From assembly GCA_046563655.1 (NCBI GenBank), contig CM102285.1, positions 14,508,001-14,572,000 of the forward strand: a DNA stretch of 64,000 bases, in the 5' to 3' direction. The stretch comes from Yuukianura sp. NJ FZ-2021. Lineage: Eukaryota. The notes beneath the pieces are model-generated. The model worked only from the letters and a program-made list of their open reading frames with translations, was not told where the DNA came from and did not search any database. Below, one piece after another: positions 49,911 through 62,114 of the stretch. The position numbers and the translations under genes were made by a program. Each line of letters starts with the position of its first letter. Position 1 is the stretch's first letter.

Positions 49911-52900
49911 GCTCCCCCATGCAGTTTAACTTTCTTTTGTTCATTCTTCTTCTATGCACCAACATTTAAAAATTTCAGTTTTCCAAGACAAATTTGTTTT
50001 GGAAAACTGAAATTTTTAAATGTACTTTCCGAATAGGGAGTCCCTTTCCCGAGAAACGGGAAATTCCCGTCCCGATTTCGCGCAGATATTGCGCAGATTT
50101 GGCGCAGAATTCCAGGGAAATTTTTTGGATTCGGGTAGAAATTTTCCGAAACCCTTGAAATTTATGTACTTTGTTCCAAAATTTAATTAGACTGTCCGCA
50201 TGTTATTCCATAGTCTTCAATTGATCCTGAGTGCTTAGTAACTTCACACTAGGTCAAATAGTATTCGTTTCAACCTAATTTTTTGGGGTGCTACTAAAAG
50301 CCAGACTAAAAAGTTGGCGTTGCGGTTACATCTTGTGTCGACATCGACATGGAGTTCCTGACGACGTTACCGCTCGCAGCGTTACATGAGTAACCTCATG
50401 TCTTTAGTTCACGATGCTCAACATGTTCTCCATAGGTCACCATAGGCTGAACTCTGGTGTTCCACTGCTGGAGTTTCAGGTTTAATTAGAACTGAAAAAG
50501 TGAAAAGGTAAATGAATTTCAGAAGGCTTTCTCTGGAGCCAGGAGAAAGGCTTCGTAATTACAAAGTTTCCCATCATCAACTCTATTCGTCACTACTATA
50601 GACGCTAACAGTCCTAAAAGCGTAGCTGCACCAGCACTCGTTTCATCTTGAGCAGCTCGGAGTCGTGGAAAGATCAAAGTGAAATTGAATCATCTTGGAA
50701 CGAAGAAATCGTCCACCCTGCTGCTATTTCACTTCAGACGTCACAACCAGACGATTCCAACACACTTCCATCTTCCAGGAGTCAAATCGGATCTTAATGT
50801 CCATCAAAAAACAATATTTAACATCTAAAAGTCAAAATTTACATTACACTTTTTACAGAGAGAAAGGAGAAAGGAATTTGAAATTCAAAAAACCACTTTT
50901 TTCTACTCAAGATTCAAAAGTTTTCAAAAACTAAAGTTTTTAGTTCAGACTCTGCCGTTTACGTTTTCAGTTATTCCTGCCAAGAGCATGACTTTTGCCC
51001 AAAAAAGTTCAAAATTTTCAAATTTCGAAACTATGGTCAGGGTGACCGCCAAATTTTGAAAAAGTTTCAAACACATAGCCTCTTAAATTTGAAATCCCAA
51101 AGCTAAAACTTCATTTCTCTTTTTGTCCGCAAGTGACTCTCCCTTGAGAGAAATAAAATTTGGACGCGTCTTTTAAAAATTAAAAACTCGGGGTTTCGTT
51201 GTTGAAACTGTTTTCAGTCTCCAATTCTTAGTTATTTTTGAAATTTGTCAGCCGAATCTGTCAGATTCTGAGTATTAGTGATGCCCACCCACCGAAAAAT
51301 TCTGAGATGCGTAATCCCAATGATCTTGTATCCATCAGATCATGAAGGAAAACACACCACCGTGAAATCTTAAGTCCATGGTTTTCCGCACCGCTGAAAA
51401 AGTTGAGCACTTGAATCCAATTTCAAAAGGAAACAAACGTTCCACAGCTTTCTCTGCCTACTAAAAAGCACAGATTAATACACTCTATTTAGACAAGCGG
51501 AAATTTAAATATAAAAATGCAGGAGAAAAACTTGAAATTTGAAATTTTGAAAGTTTCGCTTTAGGCCGTCTTCCTCCACTCCCACTTTCACTTTTTTCAT
51601 TTCAGTAAAACGAAAAATCACAATTAGAGAAAACTTTTATCAAAACGAAAAATTTGATGTCACTGAACTTCCTGTTTTTTTGAAAAATGACTTTTGTCTA
51701 AACTTATGTTTCATGCTAATATGCTTTTTCCAATGAAAAAACAACATGAACATCATTACATGAGCCGGGAAATTACAAATTTTCAAAAATTAAACTCAAT
51801 TTTAAATTTTCCAAATTTCCTTTTCCTTTCATTTTTCCTGTACCGCAAGTCGACATAAAATTCCTTCTAAGGAGATTTCAATTTTGGAGAAAGTCCAAGT
51901 TAAAGCCTTCCTCTTTCTGCGGGCAGGAAAGACGTGTATGTTAGACCAAAGTAAGGTTAGGCTAGGCTTAACATTAGGTTAGGTTAGTTTCTAGCCTAAG
52001 TTAGGCTAAGGGAAAGGAGCTCAAAATTTAAGAGCGGAGGATTAGACCGCAGAACGTGTTTCTTAACATGTCTTTGCCTAGAAACCTGCCCAACATGAGA
52101 TCCTCTGCATACAAGAACTTTATCACTTAAAGAGAAAGTTTATAGTACGTTCCTAGAAACTGCGGGCAGGAAAGGGGCGGAGCTAGCATACAAAATAGCA
52201 CAGGAATTCTAGTTTTTCGGATCCTAAACCAAAGGAATCGACTATAAAAGAAAAAACTTGTTTCAACTTTTGTTAGATTTGGAATGAGAATCTAAATGAG
52301 ATCTGCTGGAGCACCACAAAATAAGAGTTTTGATGTATCCATTCCCTATTCTTGTGCAAATATAATTCAGAAAAAGCATTAAAAGGATTAGAACCACTCT
52401 TCAAAATAGTACTTTTCAAAAACTAACCCAAAATAGAACTAACCTAACATAAACTTTCACAGAATTTCGAAAACTAGCATACTTTCACTCAAAACCTCAA
52501 ACATTTACTAAATTTACAACTCTAAATCTAAACTTTCTAACGAAAACCCCAAAAATTTCCAAATTTCAAGCCTCAAAATCCACTTTAAACGTAACCTTCA
52601 CTGTTCCAACTTTCTCCACTTTCTAAAGAAGTCAAAAACGAAAGGTCAAAGGTCAAGTTTTGAAAGTTTTTTTTAAAAAGTAATGTAAATTCTGACTTTT
52701 GGTAAGAAAAATCACGTTGCAGTGAGCTTTCTTTTCGTACAGATGACAATTCACCTGTAAAATATTGCCGTTACAAAAGCCACTGGAAGATGGAAAGCAG
52801 TGCGCAGTGGGTCGTAAATCTACTAAAAAAAAGAGGAATAAAGTAGAAATTTTTGAAGGTGGAGTTGAAAAGTCACTCTATTTCTATCGGTTCTATTTTT

Positions 52901-54868
52901 GATCTTCAAAGGTCAAAGGGAAGCATGAGAACAGAGAAGTTCTACCTTTCAAATTCGTTTTCAATTTGTTTCTCATCTCAATGAGTCCAGTGTATACATA
53001 AAAACACAGTAGCAATCACAAACTTCTTAGAAAAAAGCGAAGCTTTGAAAAAAGTTCGTTTTTTTAAAACTTAGCTTGTTAGTTTCTTTTTCGATTCGTT
53101 CCAATTTTTGTTCTAGAAAAACAAAAAACTTTTCTTTTTTTTTACTTTCTCCAGAGACTTTTCTCAAGAGTCTGATTGAGTCTGAAATGTTTTGTTTGAA
53201 AATTTTGTCAAATGAAAACAAAAAACCAAACTTGCGCAGACGCAAATTCCATCCATTCGAGGAATCTCGTGGGAAAACAAAGACAAACTGAAGTGAAAAT
53301 TTATTCTGAAAAAGAGAAATGTTTTGAATTAGATTAGACATTTGAAATCGTTTTTTTTTAAATTCTTTTTTTTTCTTTCGAAATTACTTACCTGTAATGG
53401 TTTTGTGCCTAAAACTAAGCGCAGATCAGTATCAGTTAGGTTGAAAGAAGGCGTAACCTACTCTTAGCCTAATGTTAACCTAATCCTTAGTGTCTTATGG
53501 TTCGTCAGCACTAACTTGAAACGTCATTTATCTCATGCCAGAATCCTGTTTTTAGCAGATTGTGTCCGTGGCTACACCAGTGAATGGTTTTCGTCAAGCG
53601 ATGTTAGTGAAGCGATTTGTTTCTTTAGGCGCGTGACGCGATTTCAAAAAACAGCGGTGAGCAGAAAAAAATCTAAAGAAAAAAAAACGATTTTCTGTGA
53701 AAACAGCAGAATCTGGGTTGACACGGCACGAAAAAGTGGAGCTCACTTTCACTTTAACGGCAAAGTCATAAAATGAAACGTTTTGTTACTTTTTTTTGAA
53801 AATAAAAGGAGAAGACAATAAAAGGAGCCCATTTACGTGGCTTATGACATGAGCAGCTTCTCTTTCCGTTTGGATTAAGCGCAGGTCAAAGGTCATTTGA
53901 CATGCTCCACATTCTGGATATAGGACAAAGTGTTGAGCATGTTATGCCTAACCTAATGTATTCCTAACACCAAGGTTGCTTGACTCAAGCTCAAACAACT
54001 TTGCTTAGTACCTCATCAAATCGAAAATTAATCCCGGCCTTTTCCTTGTCTCAAAGAGATTTTCTCGGAGAGAGAAAAAAGAAAATTTTGAGAGAAAAAA
54101 TGGTAAAAGATTTTCACTTCTTTTGAAAAATCTAGTCAAAATCCAGGGCTAAAAGTTTAAAAAGTTCAGAGACCTGTCATCCCACTTTCACTTTTTCAAA
54201 AACTTCAACATTTTTAGAAAAGTTTACTAAAAGATGAGACAAAGTTGGAAAGGCATCGAAGTAGAAAATTCGTTCAGTGTTTCCAAAAAAAATTCTGGGA
54301 AAATTGTTTTGTACACCAGTGAAAGTGAAACTGAGTTTGGGAATGGCGAAAAAATGTAATCAAATTTTTAGGTTGCGAGGCACGAATTTTGAAATTGACA
54401 AATTTCCAACTTTACAGATTTGCAAAACTATGTAACTATTATATTTTTAGACAGATTTGGAGTGACATATTTGATTTCATTTGTCACATGCCAAAAAACA
54501 ACAGTTTTTGATCAAACAAAGGAAAAGTTTGACGTATTTGTCCCGCGGGGTTTGAACAACTTTTTTTTTCATTTCGGTAGAACAGACACGCCGCACTTTC
54601 TTCTCTGCTCGCATTAAATTTTCCTCCTTGTTTTACACTCAACAGAACATTTCCCTCCAGAAACAAAACTCTGGAAACAATTTTGAAATTGTTTTACATT
54701 CCCGCTAAAAAACGGAAGCAAGGAAGTAGCGAAAGTGCTCTCAAATTTCCTAGATTTTCAACTTGGAGAAGCCAGAAATAATTCAAGAGACTTTGAATTT
54801 TAATAAACCCCTTCTGCTTTCTCCTCCTTCTTCATCTCAACTACGTTAGGTTACAACTTAACATTACC

Positions 54869-55134
54869 CAAGGTTCCTTGACAACGAAAAGTTAATTTTC
54901 TTTAACAGGTTGAATACTGCCTTTCCTCTTGTTGACAGAAAAACGGAACAAAACCAAAATTGCTACCACCAATCCAAAAAAAATGCTACCAATTCGTATG
55001 CAAAATTTTAAAAATTCGGCTGTGTTGGTATGACTACAATGCCCTGAAATGACAAGACACTTTTTTTTGGCAAAATCAAACAAAGATGAGGTATTACCCA
55101 ACCTGTTACAGAAAATCAAAGTCAACAAACCTTG
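54869..55134 (-). mobile_element. MITE, CAAGG-TIR family (subfamily A), reverse orientation
   Basis: Reverse complement of the 45518/58193 copies; TSD degenerate. Confidence 0.85.
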
Positions 55135-58100
55135 ATACCAACCTTAAAACCAAACCTAAAACTATTCCTCCTCTTTGAATTTTCTCAAGAGACGCTCTCA
55201 AGTTGTTTCAATTACTTTGAATGACTTGGTCGTGTGGTTAAGGTTTAACTTTACCAACATTCTCATCCTCCTAATGGCCTCATTCACGGCCGCAACTTTC
55301 TCCAAATGGAAAATGGAACTTTCACTTCTTTTGAAAAAGGCGCCAAAGTAAAAAATCACTAAAAGGAACACCTATTGACGTTATTTTTGATCAAACGGTG
55401 TCAATTAACCTAAACGAAGAGGTGTGAGAAATAAAGTGTCAGTTTTCACGCCTTCAAGTGCCTTTGACACACTTAAGGGTGACTAATCCTAGATTAAGTC
55501 TGATTTTCCAGACATGTCAGATTTGGTAGTGTTTGCCTTTTCGTCAGAATCGGGTGAAAGCGGAACTTTTGGGGATTACGTAAGTAGAGCAAGGGAGTTA
55601 AGTGGAAAGGGAGATTTTGAGTTGTAAAAAGCGGATTACGTAATTTGTATCGATTCTTTCCTGTTTTTGCCTAAATCTGATAAACTTTTTAGTAAAAGTG
55701 ATGGTTATATCAGGTTAGTTTTTGTTTGAGAATTGCATTTTTTTGAGAATTTGATAACTTTTATGTGTTAGTAGTTGATATGTGAGTAATGGTGATTGGA
55801 GAAGTGTAAGTGATAGGCTGGTAAAGTGAAAGGTGCGGGTTGTTTCATGTAATCTCGCTCTCCTGACTTTGTAACTTTCCTTAATTGGACATTTGAGAAT
55901 TGATTCTCTCCTCTTATGGCCCAACTCTCCTAATTGATTTCTGATTCAACCTTGGAGGGAGTAACAATTTTTTTTTCTTCCTCTGTAGTAGTTTTAGTGA
56001 AAAGATTGCCCGGGTAGTTTCAATTTCAAAAGTCCCAGGAGACGCACCGGCACAGTTTACACTTTTGAAGAATTCAAACTCAAAACAGGGGAAAGAAAAA
56101 TTGAAAAGTAGCTGAAGAAGAATAAAAAAAGTTGAAAGTGAAAACAAAAAAGTGTAAAGTGAAAAACGAAATCCAGCTTTCTCTTGAATTGAAACTTTCA
56201 CCAAAATTTAAAAAAGGTGCCAAAAGTTTGAAAGGTGGAATTGGTACACTTTTAACTGTAGAATTAAAAATTATTAAAACTCAGTTTTTCCTTTTGTAAA
56301 TCACATTTGGGAAGCAAAGTGTATACGTGCTAAATATTTTGAAAAGTGAAAACTGTAGTGAGGAAGTAGGACTTCCTTTTTCTTCGTTAAAATGTGATTT
56401 GTTCTTAGTTTTGCTTTCTCTTTTGAACAGAAAACTTTTCTTTTTGTAGAAACTAAAAAGATTGAAAAAAAGTTTTGAAGTTCGTGACAACTCGAATTAT
56501 TTTCTCCATCTGAATAGTGTTTTCTTTTCATTTGTTTAATTTGAGCATCGCCTTTATTCAAAGGAGAAAGTTGAGTGGAGAGTAAACAGACGTTGTTGAG
56601 CCCATCGTGCTTTCACTTTTAATTGGCCTTTGTCTATCTGTCTACGGAAACTCCCAGGCAAATAATAATCGGCGGGAGTAACTATTTGAACACAACTATT
56701 TTCAAAAAAGAGAGGAGAAAAATGAAAAAGTATTTTTCAGTGTGAGATTCTCAACAACTGTGAGCTAAACGGCTTCTCTGTTGTGGCTAAAACCGGAGGT
56801 TTAGGTTTAACATTGCGGTGAAAGTCAGAGGCTAAACGGCTCCCGACTCTACCTATGTAAATTTCCTTTATTGTCGAAAAAATCACCTTTCGAAAAAAAA
56901 TCCTCTTCCAGGAATCGAACCACCGACACTACTTTATGCTCCTGCAGCCTACACCACAACCCTGGTTTTTCTTCCCCCGTTTTTCATTAGTTCTAGACTC
57001 AACTCAGCCTTTACCTCTCCTTCAATTAGCAAAAGGAAGGAAATGTTGGGCTCACACGAACACTAATTTACTTTCTCCACAATGACTAGCTGCACTTTAG
57101 GATATGGGGGGGGATCTAGTGAGGGGGGGGGGGTCTAGTGAGGGGGGGTCTAGTGGGGGGGGGTATTTGAGCCACCTCTTCCCTCCTCTCCTTTGTCCAA
57201 ATTCAATTGTCTTTCTGAGCAAAGTTAATTACTAATCTGAGGAGCAAACTCCAAACAATTTCATTATTGAGGAAGAGAAAGTCAAGTTTGAGTCTAATCC
57301 AGGTCGAGAGGTGCACGCGTCTGCGCATAACTCTGTGTGTATATGCTTTCAGTCAAGCATTAGTCATAATTTATGACACTTGATTATTGAACTGTCACTT
57401 TCTCCTGTCTAGCTTTTAGCGTTACGTTTTGAATTTTGGAGTGAGAAAATGGAACAGACGGATTCGTGCTAAAACTTATTTTGGCTGTCTCTCGTGTCGT
57501 AAAAGGAGGAAGGTTTAAGTAGCTCGCGCCCCTAAACAAACAAAGGCTGTTCACGAATTACGTCAATCCAAAATTACCCATTTCATGTCCACCCAAACTT
57601 TCACTCAAAAAAATTTCTCCAATAATTGGAGAATCTCACAATAATTCAAAGTTTGCGAAATTTTGGAACAACTTTAAAAAAATGATTTTTTAAAAGTTTC
57701 GTTGTTTTTCTGTTTTTAACAGTAAAATTGATGTTTTTGTGGAGAAAGTTGTGTAATTGAGTCTGGGGATTGTCTAAAAGTCTGAATTTCGGATACTGCG
57801 GAATTCTGAGAGCGGAAGAGTGAACTGAGGTGTGAAAATTGGAGGAAACACGACAGACCTCGAAATTCGGAATCCCTGAACCGTGTCATTTGGCGGAAGA
57901 CTTGGAAGTTGTCGAACCTTGGTCTAATTTCCCAGATCATTCGGTTCCTTTTCAGATCATAACAAAAATATGATCTTCTCCACCAAAAAAAAAGTTCGGT
58001 TGACTTGGTTGATCCAAAAACATGGTCTACTGCGCATTCCTTTCTCTTCAATCATTACATGAAGGAGCCCCCAGGAAGTCAATTGAGACAAAAATCAAAA

Positions 58101-58192
58101 GATCGCAGATTCTTAACAAAAGATTGACACAAACCTGGCGGATCTGCTCTAATTATTAATTAAATCTTCCGCTCAACCAAAAACATCAACAC

Positions 58193-58465
58193 CAAGGTTT
58201 GTTGACTTTTGATTTTCTTTAACAGGTTGGGTAATACCTCATATTTTTCCGCTTTTGCAAAAAAAAAAGAAAGTATCTTCTCATTTCGTGGCATTAGTCA
58301 CAAAAATACAACAATTTTTTTTTAATTTTGCATACGAATTGGCACCAATTTTTTGGATTGGTACGAAATTGATACTAATTTTTTGTTTTTCCGTATTTTT
58401 TTGTCAGCAAGCGAGGTAGTACCCAACCTGTAACCTAATTAACTTTTTGTTGTCGAGGAACCTTG
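58193..58465 (+). mobile_element. MITE, CAAGG-TIR family (subfamily A)
   Basis: caaggtt...aaccttg; perfect 8-bp TSD atcaacac. Confidence 0.9.
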
Positions 58466-58925
58466 ATCAACACCAAAATCTGCTCGAAACTGTTAAAAAA
58501 GAAGTTGAAAGTCAAAAAGGAAAAAGAATACGTCAAATATTTTTGAAAACTTGTTAAAATGAAGAAAGAAATTGAACAAAAACTTTGTTTTTGAGGAAAG
58601 TTGTGTGGATCGATGACCTTTTACGAATTGATGAGATTTTCATTTTGTTTTTGAACTTTTGTTCTGAACATGACGACTGTGTGAGTGGGATGTTTCAAAT
58701 CGATCAGTTTTGTGGATATGAAGCATGAAAAAAGTGAATGTCAAAAGATGTGCTACGTGTATGGAACACTCACCGCATGCGGACTTAAAAAATCGAAAAT
58801 TTTGGAATCTTGATGTTTGTAACTAACCGTAGGAGGAATTTGAGGAAACTTTTGAACAGTTTTTTGAAATTTTGGATTTTTTTTTGAAATTTCAGGGATG
58901 TGAGGGTCAGGTCTGCTCCAGTGCG

Positions 58926-60884
58926 ATGTCGGATTCGGACCGTCTGCGACTGATTACACTCGGGGGTCCAGAGACTGGCAAAACTTCGATCATCAAGCGA
59001 TTCCTGTTCCAGACTTACTCAGACAAATACAAACCGACGGTGGACGAACTGTATAACCGAGAGTATGAATTCGGGAACATCACTCTACGTGTTGACTTCT
59101 ACGACACTGCAGGAGATTCTCAGTTTCCGGCCATGCGTCGTCTGTCCATTTCCACTGCGCATGCCTTCCTCTTAGTCTATGCCCTGGACAGCGCAGAGTC
59201 CTTCGAGAGAGTCAAAAGCTGTTTTGAAGAAATCAGAGAGTCCAGAGTGGACTATCAAGAGGTACCCATCGTCATAGTGGGCAACAAGAATGATCTGCTC
59301 ATGACAGAAGTTGGGACGGAAGATGTCGAAGAGTGGATCAGCAGCATGGGGGTCAAATTGAGGTAAATTTTAACAAATTTAGTGTTGAGAGAATTCATGT
59401 TGAGGAAATTCTTGCTGAAAGAATTCACGTTGAGAAAATTCTTGCTGAAAAAATTCATGTTGAGAAAATTCTTGCTGAAAAAATTCATGTTGAGAAAATT
59501 CTTGTTGAGAAAATTCATGTTGAGAAATTTGATGTTGAGAAAATCCACGTTGAGATATTTGATTTTGAGAGAATTCGTGTTGTTAAATTTGATGTTAAAA
59601 AAATTGTGTTGATAAATTCGAAGTTGAGAAAACTTTTGCTGACAAGTTTGACGTTGACAAAATTGATACTACTGTACAGCTTTGGAACAAAAATTGAGAG
59701 AATTCATGCACATGAACAGTGAAATTAGGTACCGGGATTGGTGAATCCGAGTTTGAAGTTTTTTGAAAAGTGTTTTCTAAGAAATTCAATTATAAATTTT
59801 GAAGTAAATTTTGAACTTTCCTGTTTTGAATTAAATTTTGATTAAAGTGCTTATTGGGGAATATGAAAGTAAGTTATTTAATTAAGATTTACAAGTAATT
59901 CAATTAGCAATTACAAGAATAAGTACTGTGTTAGTAGTTTCCTGAGTCATCCAGACTCAATTACTTTGTTTCAAAACTTTCTCTTTAATAGCCAACCGGA
60001 AAATTCTGACAAAAAGTTGAGGAGAAAGTAGTTTTCAAATTTCCGTAAAATATGCTTATGACAGGCTTTTAAAAAGGGCTTTCTCTCTCACCGCGAAGTG
60101 CTGAAGTTGTCGTTTCCACTTTTCAAAATTTCAAATTTTATGGATCTGGGACATGCAAAGTCAGTTCCAAACGGATTTTGACTACCAAGTTCCACATTTT
60201 TCAAAAACATTAAAATAGTTGACCCTTGACCTACCGGATATCAATGAACTCAAACTTTAAAATACCGTTGACCTTTGGCATTTTCCGTTTATAAACTATC
60301 GTATTTTAGTTTTGTAGAGACGCGAAGACTATTCATACGACTTTGTCGGTCTGTCCGTCAATCTGTCTGTCCATATTTTTCAAATTTAAATGTTATTTTT
60401 AGTTAATACACGGTCAAAATTTTGACCTTTGACCCTGTCAGAGGTCATTGACCTTTGATGCTGTTAGAGGTCATTGACCTTTGACCCAGTCAGAGGTCAC
60501 TGACCTTTGCTTTTTTTTCATTTCAGGGTACAGACCCTTCAGTGCAGTGCCAAGGAGGACAAGAACATTCGTGAGATCTTCAAGTCCTTCCTGACGCTGT
60601 CCAAAATCCCGATCCAAGCGGAGGAGTCAGGGCTAAAGCGCAGGTCGTCTGCCTATGTGAAGTCTCGTGTTCCGAAGGACCCCCCTGCAGGGTCCCCCCA
60701 CCCTGACAACGACAGTCCCTCCAGAATCCTGGCCACTACCAAGTCCCCCCAGTTCCTTACGGAGGACTCCGCAGTCAAGGCCAAACCCAGGAGTCGCAGT
60801 CTCATTCGCAGATCAAGTCGCAAAACGAAACAAACTGTGAGGGACGCGAGTACGGGCCCTTCAGGAGACTGCGGTGTTGTTTGA
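58926..60884 (+). CDS. Ras-family small GTPase, RASD/Rhes/Di-Ras-like, with CaaX
   Basis: Exons 58926-59362 and 60527-60884. G1 GGPETGKT, effector YKPTVDELY, G3 DTAG, QFPAMRRLSI, G4 NKND, G5 CSAK, basic tail, C-terminal CGVV. Acceptor at 58895 implies an upstream exon. Confidence 0.92.
59383..59640. repeat. Intronic 15/30-bp minisatellite
   Basis: gttgagaaaattcttgctgaaaaaattcat units that decay towards the right. Confidence 0.88.
60423..60509. promoter_or_regulatory. 26-bp tandem array containing three IR-1 (EcRE-type) palindromes and DR-1 half-site pairs
   Basis: AGGTCATTGACCT at 60442 and 60468; AGGTCACTGACCT at 60494; TGACCTTTGACCC overlaps. Confidence 0.5.
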
Positions 60885-62008
60885 ACAAAACTTTTTCTAA
60901 AAAGTCAAGCTGGACCAATGTGTAAGTTTAAAAAACAAAACTTTTTCAGGTCGTTGACCCTGTTTTGACATCGTGACCTTTCGCTTTTGTAGGTTACAGG
61001 CACAAGGCGCCGATTTGGAAATTAAAAACTACAACTTTGGCCATCACAAAACAGAATCCCTCGCCCAAATTCATAAAAGTGTCTAAAAATTGTTCTCATC
61101 AGGGTATTGCATTTTTAAAAATCAAAAATTTTAAAAGATTAGAACAAATTTTTGTTCTGTTGAATTTTTTTTGCCCGTCGGGGTACTAGGGATCAAATCG
61201 ATCAAAACGACAAAAAAAAGTGAAAGTAAGTAAAAGTTTTCAAAATTCCCAGTTTCTTCGTTTTAGACATAAGGTATTGTCCGATTTTCCAAAAATTTCA
61301 AAGTGTAACTTTTCAAAATTCAAAATTTCAAATTTGAAAATCAGTTTTGGTTCATATCAGTGATTTAGTATAGTAGAAGAAGCTGCGGGATCAAAATGAG
61401 GTTTTTAGCAACGAAGAAAATTAAGTAAACATAAAAACTAAAAAATTAAGATCTTGAAATAATCGTTTTTGATAAAAAAAAAATAGTACCGTATCAACTA
61501 AAGTTAAAATTTATAAAAATACTTCAAAAAACGACATTCCCAGCTCCTTATCACCTAAACTTGCCAAATTGACAAAAAAAACTGTTATAAAATGTATCAT
61601 TTTAGGTTGAAGTTTTTATGTACAACAAACAAACGATCTCATAATCACTTTTGAAACTTATATCATTTTGAGTTATTCAAAAGCTTGAAGAGTTATGAGG
61701 GGAGAAAAGTTTCCAAAAAGTTTGTACATTTTGAAAATTGTTTTTGTTGAAACTTTGAAATAGAAGGAGTTGAAGAGATTTGGGTGTATTCTGACTGTTG
61801 TTTAATTTAATATCATGTCTCATGCAGAATACCCGGGTATCATGCCCACTTATTGTTAAAATGTCAAAGGTTATCTCTAGACCACACACTGTTATTAAGT
61901 AACTATGGATTTCAGATTTTGTGTCAATAAACAATAACTTCCAACAGAAAAACACGTCAAATATGGCATCTACAGAGCGATTCACAAAATTTCCAATAAT
62001 GAAAAAAC

Positions 62009-62114
62009 CAAGGTCGGTAAACAAAGAAATACTTTTTAACTCCAGATTTTTTGAAAATTTGAGTTATTGCCTAACCTGTTAAAGGAAGTTCAATTTGGTT
62101 GTCGAGGAACCTTG
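62009..62114. mobile_element. Internally deleted CAAGG-TIR MITE (subfamily B)
   Basis: caaggtc...gttattgcctaacctgtt...gaggaaccttg; shares sequence with the 5366 copy. Confidence 0.55.

Noticed and set aside
51950..52010. Degenerate TTAGG runs as an interstitial telomere
   Set aside because: Short, irregular, in both orientations and scattered elsewhere in the window; no true (TTAGG)n array.
59255..59789. Repetitive ORFs (EKIHVEKILA, LRKFM, NMNF)
   Set aside because: Translations of an intronic minisatellite after the GTPase donor at 59363.
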